The notes beneath the pieces were generated by a model. That model ran no database searches. It was given only the letters and a program-made list of their open reading frames with translations, and was not told where the DNA came from. Below, in pieces: positions 19,863 through 29,654 of a stretch of 64,000 nt of DNA. The position numbers and the translations under genes were made by a program. Position 1 is the first letter of the stretch; the number at the start of each line of letters is the position of its first letter. Where the stretch lies: NCBI GenBank assembly GCA_963668315.1, contig OY764216.1, positions 5,056,001 to 5,120,000 on the forward strand, read 5' to 3'. This stretch comes from Spirochaetia bacterium (lineage in GTDB: Bacteria > Spirochaetota > Spirochaetia > DSM-2461).

Positions 19863-20038
19863 AGGTACAATACTAGTATAAACGGGAAACCGAAACAACA
19901 GGAGTACAGCAGTTTCTTCCAAAGGGACTCTTTTTTTTTCATACCCCTTGAATCTTAATCAAAGAATGACTATATTTCACCTTAGAATGGAGTAGATTAG
20001 CCTTATTGGACCGTTGATGACAGGAGCCGGCAAATCCC

Positions 20039-21571
20039 ATGCGGATCATCAAGAACGAAGAATTTAGAGACATCATACAAATGGATTTACGGGACTTCGT
20101 ATCCCTTACCATAGGAATTTCCCATATTACAGTTAAAGAGCTTAACAGGCCGATGCTGGGGCGACTTCTCATGGAAGCGGAAAAATGCGAAGAGCTGATT
20201 GACGCCTACGGGATCAAGCAGAATGCTTACTGGTATCCCCTCAGGAAGGCGATCGGCGTTATCCGTTCCTACTCACGGGTAGCCTACAATTTTCTCCATA
20301 TGCGCTATGCCGCTCCCTACTACAATCTGATAACTCTGGATCAGGACTTTTTCGGCGCCCTCGAGGAGAGCATTTCCTGCCTCTTCGAATCCTTTCTTCT
20401 GAGACTGAACCAGTTTTCCGAATTTCTTAAAAAAGTAGGCCTGACGGAAGATCTGCGAGCCCTGGACAGCTATCCCTTCTATGAAAACCTGGTGGAGTGC
20501 CGCCTGGAAGATACCCTGGAATGGGCCCCCCTGGACTCGGGAGCGGAAACCGCCGTATATCTGGCATCCAGTTTTCTGAATCTGGCCGAAGAGAGCCGCT
20601 TCATCAAGGAAGCCTGCCAGAAAAAAACCGATGACTACAGCTCCATCATACCCGATGTGGTTAACGAGGAAAGCCTGAGGCTCATGTCCAACAGCTTCCA
20701 TAACCTGCAGTCGAAATACGATACGATCCTGTTCCATTCGACCATAACCAGGGAAGACGAAAAACTTCCCGCCCTGAGAGGACAGATTTCCGTAGTCTAC
20801 CATCTACTGGAGACATCGACTCTTCTCATACACTATTTCCAGAGACACGAAATGCAGCTGGTCGATCCCACCGAGGAGATGCAGCAGCATTTTGACCAGC
20901 TCTTCCACATCATGGTGGATTTCTGCATGTATTTCGCGCAGAAATATATCTCCGCCGCCCAGGACCTGTGCAAAAATATTCTGAAAACCTATTCCGAGGA
21001 GAGCACCATAACCGTTCCCATTCCCAATTACCGGGGATTCCACGTGCGCCCCTCTACGCTGATAGCCAAGATCGTCATCCACTACGGCAGCGAAGTGGAA
21101 ATGAAACTGGGAAACCATACCTATAACGCCGCCATGCCCCTGGAACTTTTCCGCGCCAACGAGGAGATCAACCTATCCAAGCGCTGTGCCATAGCCAAGG
21201 GAATACTGGAGCATAAGCTGATAAAGGAAGAAGCCGACGCCATCTATGACGCCAAGCTGATGAAGAAAATCCTGCGAATGGTGTTCCTGGATCTGCTTGA
21301 ACAGCAGAAAATCATCATCTACGAGAACGATTTTTCCTTTGACAATCTGACACCCTTCGAAAGCGAAACCATCGCCGACTTTGCCAAACGGGGCATAGCC
21401 CTCTACCTGGCCCTGGGGAAAATCGATATCATCAGCGATACGAAGGTAGTCTTTACCGGAGACAAACGCGTTCTGCACGATATCCAGATACTGGCTGAAA
21501 ACGGTTACGGTGAAGACAAGTTCGGAAACAACATCGTCCTTCCCAAGGAACTCTCCTACCTGAAGCGCTAA
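20039..21571 (+). CDS. Large protein with a C-terminal HPr-family phosphocarrier domain
   Basis: ITVPIPNYRGFHVRPSTLIAKIV matches the HPr His15/Arg17 motif; about 320-aa helical N-terminus. Confidence 0.78.
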   Translation: MRIIKNEEFRDIIQMDLRDFVSLTIGISHITVKELNRPMLGRLLMEAEKCEELIDAYGIKQNAYWYPLRKAIGVIRSYSRVAYNFLHMRYAAPYYNLITLDQDFFGALEESISCLFESFLLRLNQFSEFLKKVGLTEDLRALDSYPFYENLVECRLEDTLEWAPLDSGAETAVYLASSFLNLAEESRFIKEACQKKTDDYSSIIPDVVNEESLRLMSNSFHNLQSKYDTILFHSTITREDEKLPALRGQISVVYHLLETSTLLIHYFQRHEMQLVDPTEEMQQHFDQLFHIMVDFCMYFAQKYISAAQDLCKNILKTYSEESTITVPIPNYRGFHVRPSTLIAKIVIHYGSEVEMKLGNHTYNAAMPLELFRANEEINLSKRCAIAKGILEHKLIKEEADAIYDAKLMKKILRMVFLDLLEQQKIIIYENDFSFDNLTPFESETIADFAKRGIALYLALGKIDIISDTKVVFTGDKRVLHDIQILAENGYGEDKFGNNIVLPKELSYLKR

Positions 21572-21701
21572 GCCTCCACCAAGCTTATATAAGCGGTATG
21601 CCTGCAAAGGCAGAAAGCCGCTTTCCATCCAGTTATTCAATGATTCACGTAGAAAATCCTGTATTAAACTGTTTTCAATATAACGCTTTCCGCTTTCCGC
21701 G

Positions 21702-22538
21702 TTAAAGCTGCTTCCCCTCGTTAATCTTGGCTTCAAACCGCATAAGATCCCGTCCGGTCAGACCGGTATCTTCACCGTTCATTTTCTTCCTGAGCGCTTC
21801 CAGCTCCGCCGCGGAGAAGGAGACCCCTCCCCTCTTATGCTGATTAAACGACTCAAAGGCCAGGGGACAGACTTTCGAAGCCAGATCATACATGGTATTG
21901 GCATAATCACGGATCTCTTTCTGGGCATGTCCGTCCATGCGAAGCCTCAGAAAATGAAAGAGGTTATGCAGATCGATCTGCCAGTACCACTCGGTATAAA
22001 GATTCAGGGGCAGATTAATGCGGGCCAGTTCCCGGGCGATGCCCTTCTCAATCAGTCCCTCATAGGCTCCGTAGGCCTCTTCACAGTTTCGGGTGATAAT
22101 ATCCAGAACTTCCTTCCTCAGCTCGGCGGGCACCTCTTCCGTTGACCGGCCCTGTTTATTGTCCTCACTCTGAAAGGAGATGTCCTCTGCGGCGGGAAGG
22201 TAAAACTCATTCTTCATTACGCTGTATCGCGCAGAGATCTCATTCAGACGAGCCGTTCTGTGCCGAACCCACTGACGGGCGATAAAGATAGGCATCTTAC
22301 AGTGAAAGGTAAATACGACCTGTTCAAAAGGAGAGGTGTGATCGTTCCTCAGAAGATAATCGATAAGACCCTTATCCTGACGGTAGCTCTTCGTTCCTTC
22401 CCCGTAAGAGACACGGGCGGACTGAACGATTCTGTCATCGCTGCCCATATAGTCGACTAAACGGACGAACCCCTTGTTAAGGACAGGGAACTCCTTATCC
22501 AGTATTTCTTCCGCTTCCGGGACGATGCAATGGGCCAT
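21702..22538 (-). CDS. thyX: FAD-dependent thymidylate synthase
   Basis: HTSPFE, RQWVRHRTARLNEISARY, NLFHFLRLR, HAQKEIR. Confidence 0.96.
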   Translation of the reverse strand: MAHCIVPEAEEILDKEFPVLNKGFVRLVDYMGSDDRIVQSARVSYGEGTKSYRQDKGLIDYLLRNDHTSPFEQVVFTFHCKMPIFIARQWVRHRTARLNEISARYSVMKNEFYLPAAEDISFQSEDNKQGRSTEEVPAELRKEVLDIITRNCEEAYGAYEGLIEKGIARELARINLPLNLYTEWYWQIDLHNLFHFLRLRMDGHAQKEIRDYANTMYDLASKVCPLAFESFNQHKRGGVSFSAAELEALRKKMNGEDTGLTGRDLMRFEAKINEGKQL

Positions 22539-22780
22539 AGCTTACCTCTTAATTTAAAAAAATGTGGAAAGAATCTTACCATGTTTTTTCCAAATCAACA
22601 AGGTACGATGGGCCTATCTCCCTTATTCTCTTATGTACAATGATTCATTTTTATACCAAAAGGAATGTTATTCCCGACCTTCTGATTCAGGCAGAAAAGA
22701 GGAAGAACAGCCTATCCTCTTTTATTGAAAATACTTACCTGTTTTTATTGTTAATCATCCATTTTTGGCACAGAAATTGT

Positions 22781-22846
22781 GTATAACGTTATATAACCAC
22801 ACTAAAAGGAGGTTTTATACAACGTTATATTACTTTATGTAACGTT
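22781..22846. promoter_or_regulatory. Clustered palindromes resembling ModE-type operators
   Basis: TATAACGTTATA (22782-22793) and AACGTTATAT-TACTTT-ATGTAACGTT (22821-22846). Confidence 0.6.
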
Positions 22847-22856
22847 TAATCATGTT

Positions 22857-23966
22857 ATGTACAACATCAGTCGAAGTGAATTAAGGGAATTCATCCCCTC
22901 TCATAAGAAATTATTCTCCCTTTCGCCACGAATAAAAAGCCTCAAAAAAGCCGGCAGAAAATTCCCCTTTATTGTCTTCCTTTACGTCATCCTTCCCTTT
23001 GCGGCTCTTCTTTTCTCTCTGTGCATGGGAAGATACGTCCTTCATCTTAAGGATGTCCTGTCCCTTCTTTTCCTGAAAGCCACCGGCGGTGATACAAGAG
23101 AACTGGCAGTTATCGACACCATTCTGTTCCGCGTGCGACTTCCCCGCATCATCGCCGCCATGCTCATCGGCAGTTCACTCTCCCTTTCCGGTACGGTCTA
23201 CCAGAGTACTTTCCGCAATCCCATGGTTTCCCCCGGAATTCTCGGGGTGGCAAACGGAGCCGGCTTCGGAGCAGCCCTGGGTATCCTTCTGTCCTTCTCT
23301 TTTATCGGGATTCAGCTGACCGCCTTTGCTTTCGGTATTGCGGCCGTCCTTATTACATTCGGGCTCAGTAAAATACTGACAAGAGAGGGAGACTCCCTGA
23401 TTGCCCTTGTTCTCACCGGTATGGTGATCAGCACTATCTTCTCCTCCCTCATCTCCCTGACCAAATACACAGCCGATCCCTACGACAAACTGCCGGCTAT
23501 AACCTTCTGGCTTATGGGCAGCCTGGCCTCGGTAACGAAAGATGACATCCTCTTTTCCCTTACTCCCATCATACTGGGCAGCATCCCCCTTATCCTGCTG
23601 CGCTGGAAGCTGAATCTGATGTCCTTCGGTGATAACGAAGCCCGCTCCATGGGAATAGATACGACAAAACTTCGAATTATCGTCATCCTATGCTCCACCA
23701 TCATTACAGCAGCCTCCATTGCCATAAGCGGTATTATCGGCTGGGTGGGACTCATCATTCCCCATCTCTGCCGATTCATCACCGGACCGGACCATAAAAA
23801 GCTCGTTCCCCTTTCTATGGTCATCGGTGCCGTTTACCTGACGCTGGTGGATGACTACGCCCGGACGCTGACCAATATCGAAATTCCCCTGGGAATCATC
23901 ACCTCCCTCATAGGAGCACCCTTTTTCATCTATCTCATGTTCAAAAAAAGGAAGAACTGGCAATGA
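22857..23966 (+). CDS. Type II ABC permease (FecCD/BtuC/MolB family)
   Basis: VRLPRI, FRNPMVSPGILG, EARSMGI, GIIGWVGLIIPH, EIPLGIITSLIGAPFF; start codon uncertain. Confidence 0.93.
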   Translation: MYNISRSELREFIPSHKKLFSLSPRIKSLKKAGRKFPFIVFLYVILPFAALLFSLCMGRYVLHLKDVLSLLFLKATGGDTRELAVIDTILFRVRLPRIIAAMLIGSSLSLSGTVYQSTFRNPMVSPGILGVANGAGFGAALGILLSFSFIGIQLTAFAFGIAAVLITFGLSKILTREGDSLIALVLTGMVISTIFSSLISLTKYTADPYDKLPAITFWLMGSLASVTKDDILFSLTPIILGSIPLILLRWKLNLMSFGDNEARSMGIDTTKLRIIVILCSTIITAASIAISGIIGWVGLIIPHLCRFITGPDHKKLVPLSMVIGAVYLTLVDDYARTLTNIEIPLGIITSLIGAPFFIYLMFKKRKNWQ

Positions 23967-24745
23967 AAATAGAAATACGAAACCTTACCTGCGGCTATGG
24001 CAAAAAAGAAGTGATCCGCAACATCTCCTTCGCAGTAGGCACAGGAGAGATCCTCTGTCTTCTGGGACCGAACGGTGTGGGGAAAACCACCTTCTTCAAA
24101 ACCCTTCTGGGGCTGCTTCCCCCTCTCGGCGGCGAGATATCCCTTAACGGACAAGCCATAAGCAGACTGAGCCGCAAAGAATACGCCCGGAAAGTGGCTT
24201 ACGTTCCCCAGTCCCAGTCGGTCCCCTTCCCCTACACCGTGGAAGAAGTGGTCATCATGGGCAGGAACGCTCACCTGTCCTCATTCTCCTCTCCCGGCCG
24301 CAGGGACAAGGAGATCGCCGCCGAAGCTCTGGAGGAACTGGGAATCACCCGGCTCGCGAAAAGGACCTTCACCCAGTTAAGCGGGGGTGAGCGGCAGATG
24401 GTACTGATAGCCCGGGCTCTGACACAGCAGACGGAAATCCTGTTTATGGACGAGCCGACTTCCAGCCTGGATTTCGGCAACCAGGTAAGAATACTGAATA
24501 GGATAAACAGATTACGGGATAAGGGAATCAGCGTCGTTCTGACCACCCATGCCCCGGACCATGTTTTTCTCTGCGGGAGCAAGGTCATCGTTTTCAATGA
24601 GGGCCAGTTTTCCCGTATGGGAGAGCCGGATCTGGTAGTCACGGAGGAACTTCTCCAGTCTGTCTACCATGTGGATGTAAAGATTCATCAGACGGGGATT
24701 CCCGGCGGGAAAGCGCCTGTGAAAGTCTGTGTACCCTGTTTGTAA
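23963..24745 (+). CDS. ABC transporter ATP-binding protein (FepC/BtuD/MolC family)
   Basis: GPNGVGKT, LSGGERQ, MDEPTSSLD. Confidence 0.95.
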   Translation: MKIEIRNLTCGYGKKEVIRNISFAVGTGEILCLLGPNGVGKTTFFKTLLGLLPPLGGEISLNGQAISRLSRKEYARKVAYVPQSQSVPFPYTVEEVVIMGRNAHLSSFSSPGRRDKEIAAEALEELGITRLAKRTFTQLSGGERQMVLIARALTQQTEILFMDEPTSSLDFGNQVRILNRINRLRDKGISVVLTTHAPDHVFLCGSKVIVFNEGQFSRMGEPDLVVTEELLQSVYHVDVKIHQTGIPGGKAPVKVCVPCL

Positions 24746-24757
24746 AGGAGAGAAATA

Positions 24758-25861
24758 ATGAAGAAAATGTTAACAGCGGCCCTGCTGCTCATCACCACCC
24801 TGCTCTGTGCCATGGGAACGCCTCTCTGGGAGACTCCGGCACCGTCGGGAGAAACACGAACCATCGTCGATATGGCGGGCAGAACCCTGACAATCCCGAC
24901 AAAAGTGGATACGATCCTGGCAAAGTGTATGATCGGCACGACCATTGCCTACAGTCTGGAGCCCTCTCTGGTGGCCGGTCTCAACTGGTACCCGACGGAG
25001 GCGGAAAAGGAGTTTCTCGATGAGGATTACCTGAAGCTTCCCATGCTTTCGGGATGGCATGCCGGAAACGAGGGTAACGTGGAAGAGATCATTAAAACCG
25101 GTCCTTCCCTGCTCGTCGCCGCCTCCTTCAATCCTCAGAAGGACCAGGCGTCCCGGGATCTGGCCGAAAAAATCGAGGAGCTTACCAATATCCCCGTGGT
25201 AATTTTTGACTTCAGGCTGGAAAATCTTCCCGAAACCTACCGTTTCTTCGGCGAACTGACCGGAAAAAGGGGGCGGGCCGAAGAACTGGCCCTCTATGCC
25301 GAAAACCGACTGGCCGAGATAAAAGGGATGACCGATCAGCTAAGTGACGACGATAAAATCAGCCTTTACTATGCCGAAGGAAAGGGCGGACTCCAGACCG
25401 ATCCCTCCGGATCCTTCCACACCCAGGTCATAGATTATGCGGGAGCAGTCAACGTGGCCCAGGTGGAGATGAAAGGCGGAATGGGCCGCAGCCAGATATC
25501 CCCGGAACAGCTCATGATCTGGAATCCCGATGTGATTATCTGCTGCCATGACCAGGGTTTTTCCCAGATAGACAATACCCTCTCGGGGATAAAAGAAGAT
25601 CCCCGCCTGTCGGAAGTCAAAGCCATCAGGGAAAACCGGGTCTACGAAGTCCCCTACAAACCGTTTAATTTCATGGACAGGCCTCCCTCCATCAACCGCC
25701 TCATCGGCCTTGTCTGGCTGACAGACCTGATATATCCCGACCTCAGTCCCTTTGACTTAAAGAACGAGATCCGGGACTTCTATACACTATTTTACCGCAT
25801 TGATCTATCGGAAGAACAGCTCGACGACATCCTGCTGAACTCATATCCGAAGGAGGATTGA
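24758..25861 (+). CDS. Helical-backbone metal-chelate binding protein 1 (Peripla_BP_2)
   Basis: Signal peptide, TIVDMAGRTLTIP, NVEEIIK, ISPEQLMIWNPD, MDRPPS. Confidence 0.9.
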   Translation: MKKMLTAALLLITTLLCAMGTPLWETPAPSGETRTIVDMAGRTLTIPTKVDTILAKCMIGTTIAYSLEPSLVAGLNWYPTEAEKEFLDEDYLKLPMLSGWHAGNEGNVEEIIKTGPSLLVAASFNPQKDQASRDLAEKIEELTNIPVVIFDFRLENLPETYRFFGELTGKRGRAEELALYAENRLAEIKGMTDQLSDDDKISLYYAEGKGGLQTDPSGSFHTQVIDYAGAVNVAQVEMKGGMGRSQISPEQLMIWNPDVIICCHDQGFSQIDNTLSGIKEDPRLSEVKAIRENRVYEVPYKPFNFMDRPPSINRLIGLVWLTDLIYPDLSPFDLKNEIRDFYTLFYRIDLSEEQLDDILLNSYPKED

Positions 25862-25865
25862 AATA

Positions 25866-26495
25866 ATGAAAGAACAGGAAATGGCTCAGAGGATGCTGGC
25901 TATGGCATCGGGAGTTCTTAAGGACGTATATCCCTGTATCGCTAAGGATATAAAAAAAGAATCGGGAAAGGACAAAGGAGTCTTTCTGGATATCGGCGGC
26001 GGCACCGGTCATTTGTGCCTGGCAATGGCGGAAGCGGCAGGATTTGAAAAGCTATACAACCTGGACCCCTCCGGGGAGATGCTCAGATGGGCCGATGAGA
26101 ACATAGGTAATGCTTCTGCAGAAAAAAGGATCACCAATCTTCAGGGTAAGGCCGAAAAGATTCCTCTGCCCGAAAAGAGTGTGGATCTGATCATGAGCCG
26201 GGGATCATCATTTTCATGGGAAGATCCGGCGGAGGCCTTCAAAGAGATACACCGGGTACTGAACAACCGGGGGGAAGCCTACATCAGCATCGGATGCATC
26301 TTCGGTACGGAAGAGTTGCGAAAATCCATTGTAAGCCGTTTCATGGAAAAGGATCCCCTCTGGGAAGCCGGTTCGGTGGAAAGAGAAAGCAAACTGACCA
26401 TGGATGACGTGGACAGCCTCTGTGAAACGGCCGGAGTCAGGAACTATAGAAAACTCATCAAAGATCACGATAAATGGCTAGTCATAGCCAAATAG
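25866..26495 (+). CDS. Class I SAM-dependent methyltransferase
   Basis: LDIGGGTG motif I, DLIMSRGS, FKEIHRVL. Confidence 0.9.
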   Translation: MKEQEMAQRMLAMASGVLKDVYPCIAKDIKKESGKDKGVFLDIGGGTGHLCLAMAEAAGFEKLYNLDPSGEMLRWADENIGNASAEKRITNLQGKAEKIPLPEKSVDLIMSRGSSFSWEDPAEAFKEIHRVLNNRGEAYISIGCIFGTEELRKSIVSRFMEKDPLWEAGSVERESKLTMDDVDSLCETAGVRNYRKLIKDHDKWLVIAK

Positions 26496-26505
26496 GAGGA
26501 CAAAA

Positions 26506-27852
26506 ATGAAACACATGATAATCGGCACAGCCATCACTCTCCTCGTCCTGCTGCCGGGCTGGACGACAGGCCATCCGGAAACCGTCGTCTCCGAAGAAAA
26601 AGAAACGGTTACCATCACTGATATGTTTGACAGAACGGTAACGATCCCCCGGACGGTCAACAAAGTGTATGCCCAGTCCCCCGTGGGAACCTACTTCCTG
26701 TACACTCTGAACTCAAGCAAGCTCACCGGACTGATGTGGGAACCGTCGGAAGAGGAAAAGCCCTTCTTCACCGAAGAGTACTGCCGCCTGCCCGTTCTGG
26801 GCGGCTGGTTCGGACAGGGCAATACGGGAAATTTAGAGGAGATAATCAAGGCTAAGCCGGACTTTATCATTTTCGACGAGATGTCTCCCATAGGAGATAG
26901 GGCGTACTCCCGGGAGCAGGCCGACCGGCTGCAGGAGACACTTCAGATTCCCGTGGTCATAATGGACTTCAGCTTCTACCGTCTGCCCGAAACCTATCGG
27001 TTCGCCGGTTTCCTGACGGGCGATGAAGAACGGGCCGAAGAACTGGCATCCTATACCGAAAAAGTCTACGCCGATATCCGCGAAAAAACATCTGACCTTA
27101 CCGAGGAAGAAAAGGTTCGCGTCTACTATGCCGAAGGTTCCGAAGGGCTCCAGACCGACCCGGAAGGTTCGGCCCATTCGGAGCTGATCAGTTTCGCCGG
27201 TGCGGTAAACGCGGCAGAAATCGACACAACACATGGCTACGGCCGAGCCCAGATATCTCCCGAACAGCTGGCTGTCTGGAATCCCGATCTGATAGTGGCC
27301 TGTCACGACGGAGGAGCTGCCGTATCCACCTGTTCGGCGCTCCTTTCCGATCCCCGGCTCCAATCGATCCCGGCCATCTCCGAAGGCCGCGTTTACGAGA
27401 TTCCCTACCGGCCGTTCAATGTAACCGACCGCCCCCCCTCGGTCTTCCGTATTTTCGGAGTCAAGTGGCTGGCGCAGCTCTTCTATCCCGATCTGTTCCC
27501 TTACGACATACAAAAGGAGATGCAGGATTTCTACCGCCTCTTCTGGAATATAGAAATCACCGACAGCCAGGCAGAAGCCTTTCTTACACCCGGGACCGGA
27601 ATCAACGAAACCTGCCGAGTTCTCCGTCCCGGAGGAGCCGCCTGCATCGGCGGAGGATTCGGAACGGAAGATCTTCTCAACAGAATTATAGAGATCAAGG
27701 CCGTGAAAAATCCGGGCTGGAACGAATGGAGAACACGGCGGACAGGCCTCCCTCAGGAGGAAAGATTTGACTTGCTACTCAAAAAATCAGCCGTACCCCG
27801 CTATCGGATAGAACATGAGGAGGCCGGAACATGGATAAAGTTCAGAAAATAG
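26506..27852 (+). CDS. Metal-chelate binding protein 2 carrying a C-terminal methyltransferase fragment
   Basis: Paralogue of 24758 (YYAEG..GLQTDP.GS.H; QISPEQL..WNPD); the tail CRVLRPGGAACIGGGFG resembles a methyltransferase C-half. Confidence 0.85.
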   Translation: MKHMIIGTAITLLVLLPGWTTGHPETVVSEEKETVTITDMFDRTVTIPRTVNKVYAQSPVGTYFLYTLNSSKLTGLMWEPSEEEKPFFTEEYCRLPVLGGWFGQGNTGNLEEIIKAKPDFIIFDEMSPIGDRAYSREQADRLQETLQIPVVIMDFSFYRLPETYRFAGFLTGDEERAEELASYTEKVYADIREKTSDLTEEEKVRVYYAEGSEGLQTDPEGSAHSELISFAGAVNAAEIDTTHGYGRAQISPEQLAVWNPDLIVACHDGGAAVSTCSALLSDPRLQSIPAISEGRVYEIPYRPFNVTDRPPSVFRIFGVKWLAQLFYPDLFPYDIQKEMQDFYRLFWNIEITDSQAEAFLTPGTGINETCRVLRPGGAACIGGGFGTEDLLNRIIEIKAVKNPGWNEWRTRRTGLPQEERFDLLLKKSAVPRYRIEHEEAGTWIKFRK

Positions 27853-29654
27853 TGACCTGCGATATATGCGCCCGGGGATGTCTCCTCAAGGAAGGGGAAA
27901 AAGGACTTTGTAAAAACTACCTTCTCAGAGACGGGGAAATCCGGGAAATTTTCCCCCGTAGTTATCTCCTGGTATGCCCCATTTCCATAGAGACGATGCC
28001 CATGCTCCATTACCACCCCCGGGGAAAATTTCTCCAGGTAACCACGGTGGGCTGCAATTTCAGCTGCCCCGGCTGTGTTTCCGCCTCTTTCGTCAAAGGA
28101 ATGACCGAATCGCGGAACATATTGAACCACCTTGATCCGGAGGAAATAATAGACCGAGCCCGTCAGGAAGAGTGCCTGGGAATAACCTTCATGATGAATG
28201 ATCCTCTGGCTTCTTACTTCACCTTTCTGGAACTGGCCATCAAGGCGAAATCGGCCGGACTTCTAGTGGGCTGTTCCACCAATGCCTACTTCACCGAAGA
28301 GAGGGCCAAGGAACTGGCTCCCTCCCTGGACTTCATGAATATCGGCATGAAAGGCTTCTCCGACAGGGATTACCAGTTCTGCGGCGTCTCCTCCCTTCTG
28401 CCGGTACTGAATAACGTCTGCTATTTCATAAAGGAAGGAATCCACGTGGAAATATCCTGCCTTTACCGCAAGGGCAAGGAGATGAGCCTTCTGGATCTGG
28501 CCCGCTGGATTGAATCGGTGGACAGCAAAATCCCCCTGCAGCTCATGCGGTACATCCCCCTGGAAGACGCCTCTCCCGAGTGGGAACCCTCTCCTTCGGA
28601 AGGGGAAACGCTTTGCGGAGAACTGCGCCGGCTGCTGCCCTACGTGTATCTGTTCAATACACCGGGGACCGAAAGCCTCCATACCCGCTGTTCCCGCTGC
28701 GGCAACATACTCATGGAAAGGGACTTCTACGGCCCTATGGGCGCGGTGGTCAGAAAGCAGAAGTACAGCGATTCGGGTAAATGCCTTTTCTGCGACGGGA
28801 AAACCGATTTGATTTCCCCGAAAAAACGCCCTCCCTTCAGAGAAGAAGGTTTTGCCGGTGGCTACCCCTTTACCCGGGCTCTCGAAATGCTGGAATCCAT
28901 GCTGATTGCCATGGGCGTGAGGAACAGGAAGAAGCTTCTGGATTGCTGGGAGACGATTCTTGAGGGAACGGGGCTCATCGATTTCCACAGGGAAATCCAA
29001 TCGCCCCGAAGCTATCTTTCAGCCCTGCTGAAATACGGGAAAATCGCCGGAGAGGAAGAAAACGCCCGCCGCCTCGTTAGCTATCTGGAAGACAAGATAG
29101 AAGAGGTCGAAAGAAGATCAGCGGAATCCCTCTCTCATCCCCGGGTGCTCTATATCATGGGAAAGCCCCTTTTTGTCCTCAAGGGAGAAAGATTTGAAAA
29201 CCAACTGGTAAAAATGGCGGGAGCCATTCCTCTGAACGATCTGATTTCCATAGAAGGAAGGCCGGGCATGACCGTACCGGAAGAAACCCTGTCCGTACTT
29301 AACCCCGAGGTCATTTTTGTTTCTTCTTTTCTGAGCAATACCGAAGAGGCCCTTTACAGGGAATATCTGGGCAGAAACATTAGAGCGGAAGCCGTGACCA
29401 ACAGAAGAATTTACACCCACCCTTACGCCAACATCGATTTCGGTAGTCCCCGATGGATACTGGGTCTTATGCATATGGCAAACATGCTCCACCCCGAGAC
29501 ATGCCGTTTTGACCTGGAGGATGAAGCGGAATACTTCTACAGAACATTCTATCAGAGCCCCTTCGATCCCTCACAGCTCAACAGATCATTCGGGAAGCCC
29601 CTCAGAACCTGGAAGTGGAAGAGCAAACCGGAAAGGGAGCCGGTTCCTATCTAG
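27831..29654 (+). CDS. Radical SAM enzyme (AmrS/PflA-like) fused to a C-terminal binding-protein-like domain
   Basis: CDICARGC N-terminal cluster, IETMPMLHYHP, GCNFSCPGC (CxxxCxxC), CSRC/CLFC; C-terminus LNPEVIF, AVTNRRIY, FGSPRWILGL..MANMLHP. Confidence 0.88.
   Translation: MDKVQKIVTCDICARGCLLKEGEKGLCKNYLLRDGEIREIFPRSYLLVCPISIETMPMLHYHPRGKFLQVTTVGCNFSCPGCVSASFVKGMTESRNILNHLDPEEIIDRARQEECLGITFMMNDPLASYFTFLELAIKAKSAGLLVGCSTNAYFTEERAKELAPSLDFMNIGMKGFSDRDYQFCGVSSLLPVLNNVCYFIKEGIHVEISCLYRKGKEMSLLDLARWIESVDSKIPLQLMRYIPLEDASPEWEPSPSEGETLCGELRRLLPYVYLFNTPGTESLHTRCSRCGNILMERDFYGPMGAVVRKQKYSDSGKCLFCDGKTDLISPKKRPPFREEGFAGGYPFTRALEMLESMLIAMGVRNRKKLLDCWETILEGTGLIDFHREIQSPRSYLSALLKYGKIAGEEENARRLVSYLEDKIEEVERRSAESLSHPRVLYIMGKPLFVLKGERFENQLVKMAGAIPLNDLISIEGRPGMTVPEETLSVLNPEVIFVSSFLSNTEEALYREYLGRNIRAEAVTNRRIYTHPYANIDFGSPRWILGLMHMANMLHPETCRFDLEDEAEYFYRTFYQSPFDPSQLNRSFGKPLRTWKWKSKPEREPVPI

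Noticed and set aside
22781..22867. AACGTT repeats as a mini CRISPR array
   Set aside because: The repeats are too short and irregularly spaced (36 and 20 bp), and there are no cas genes
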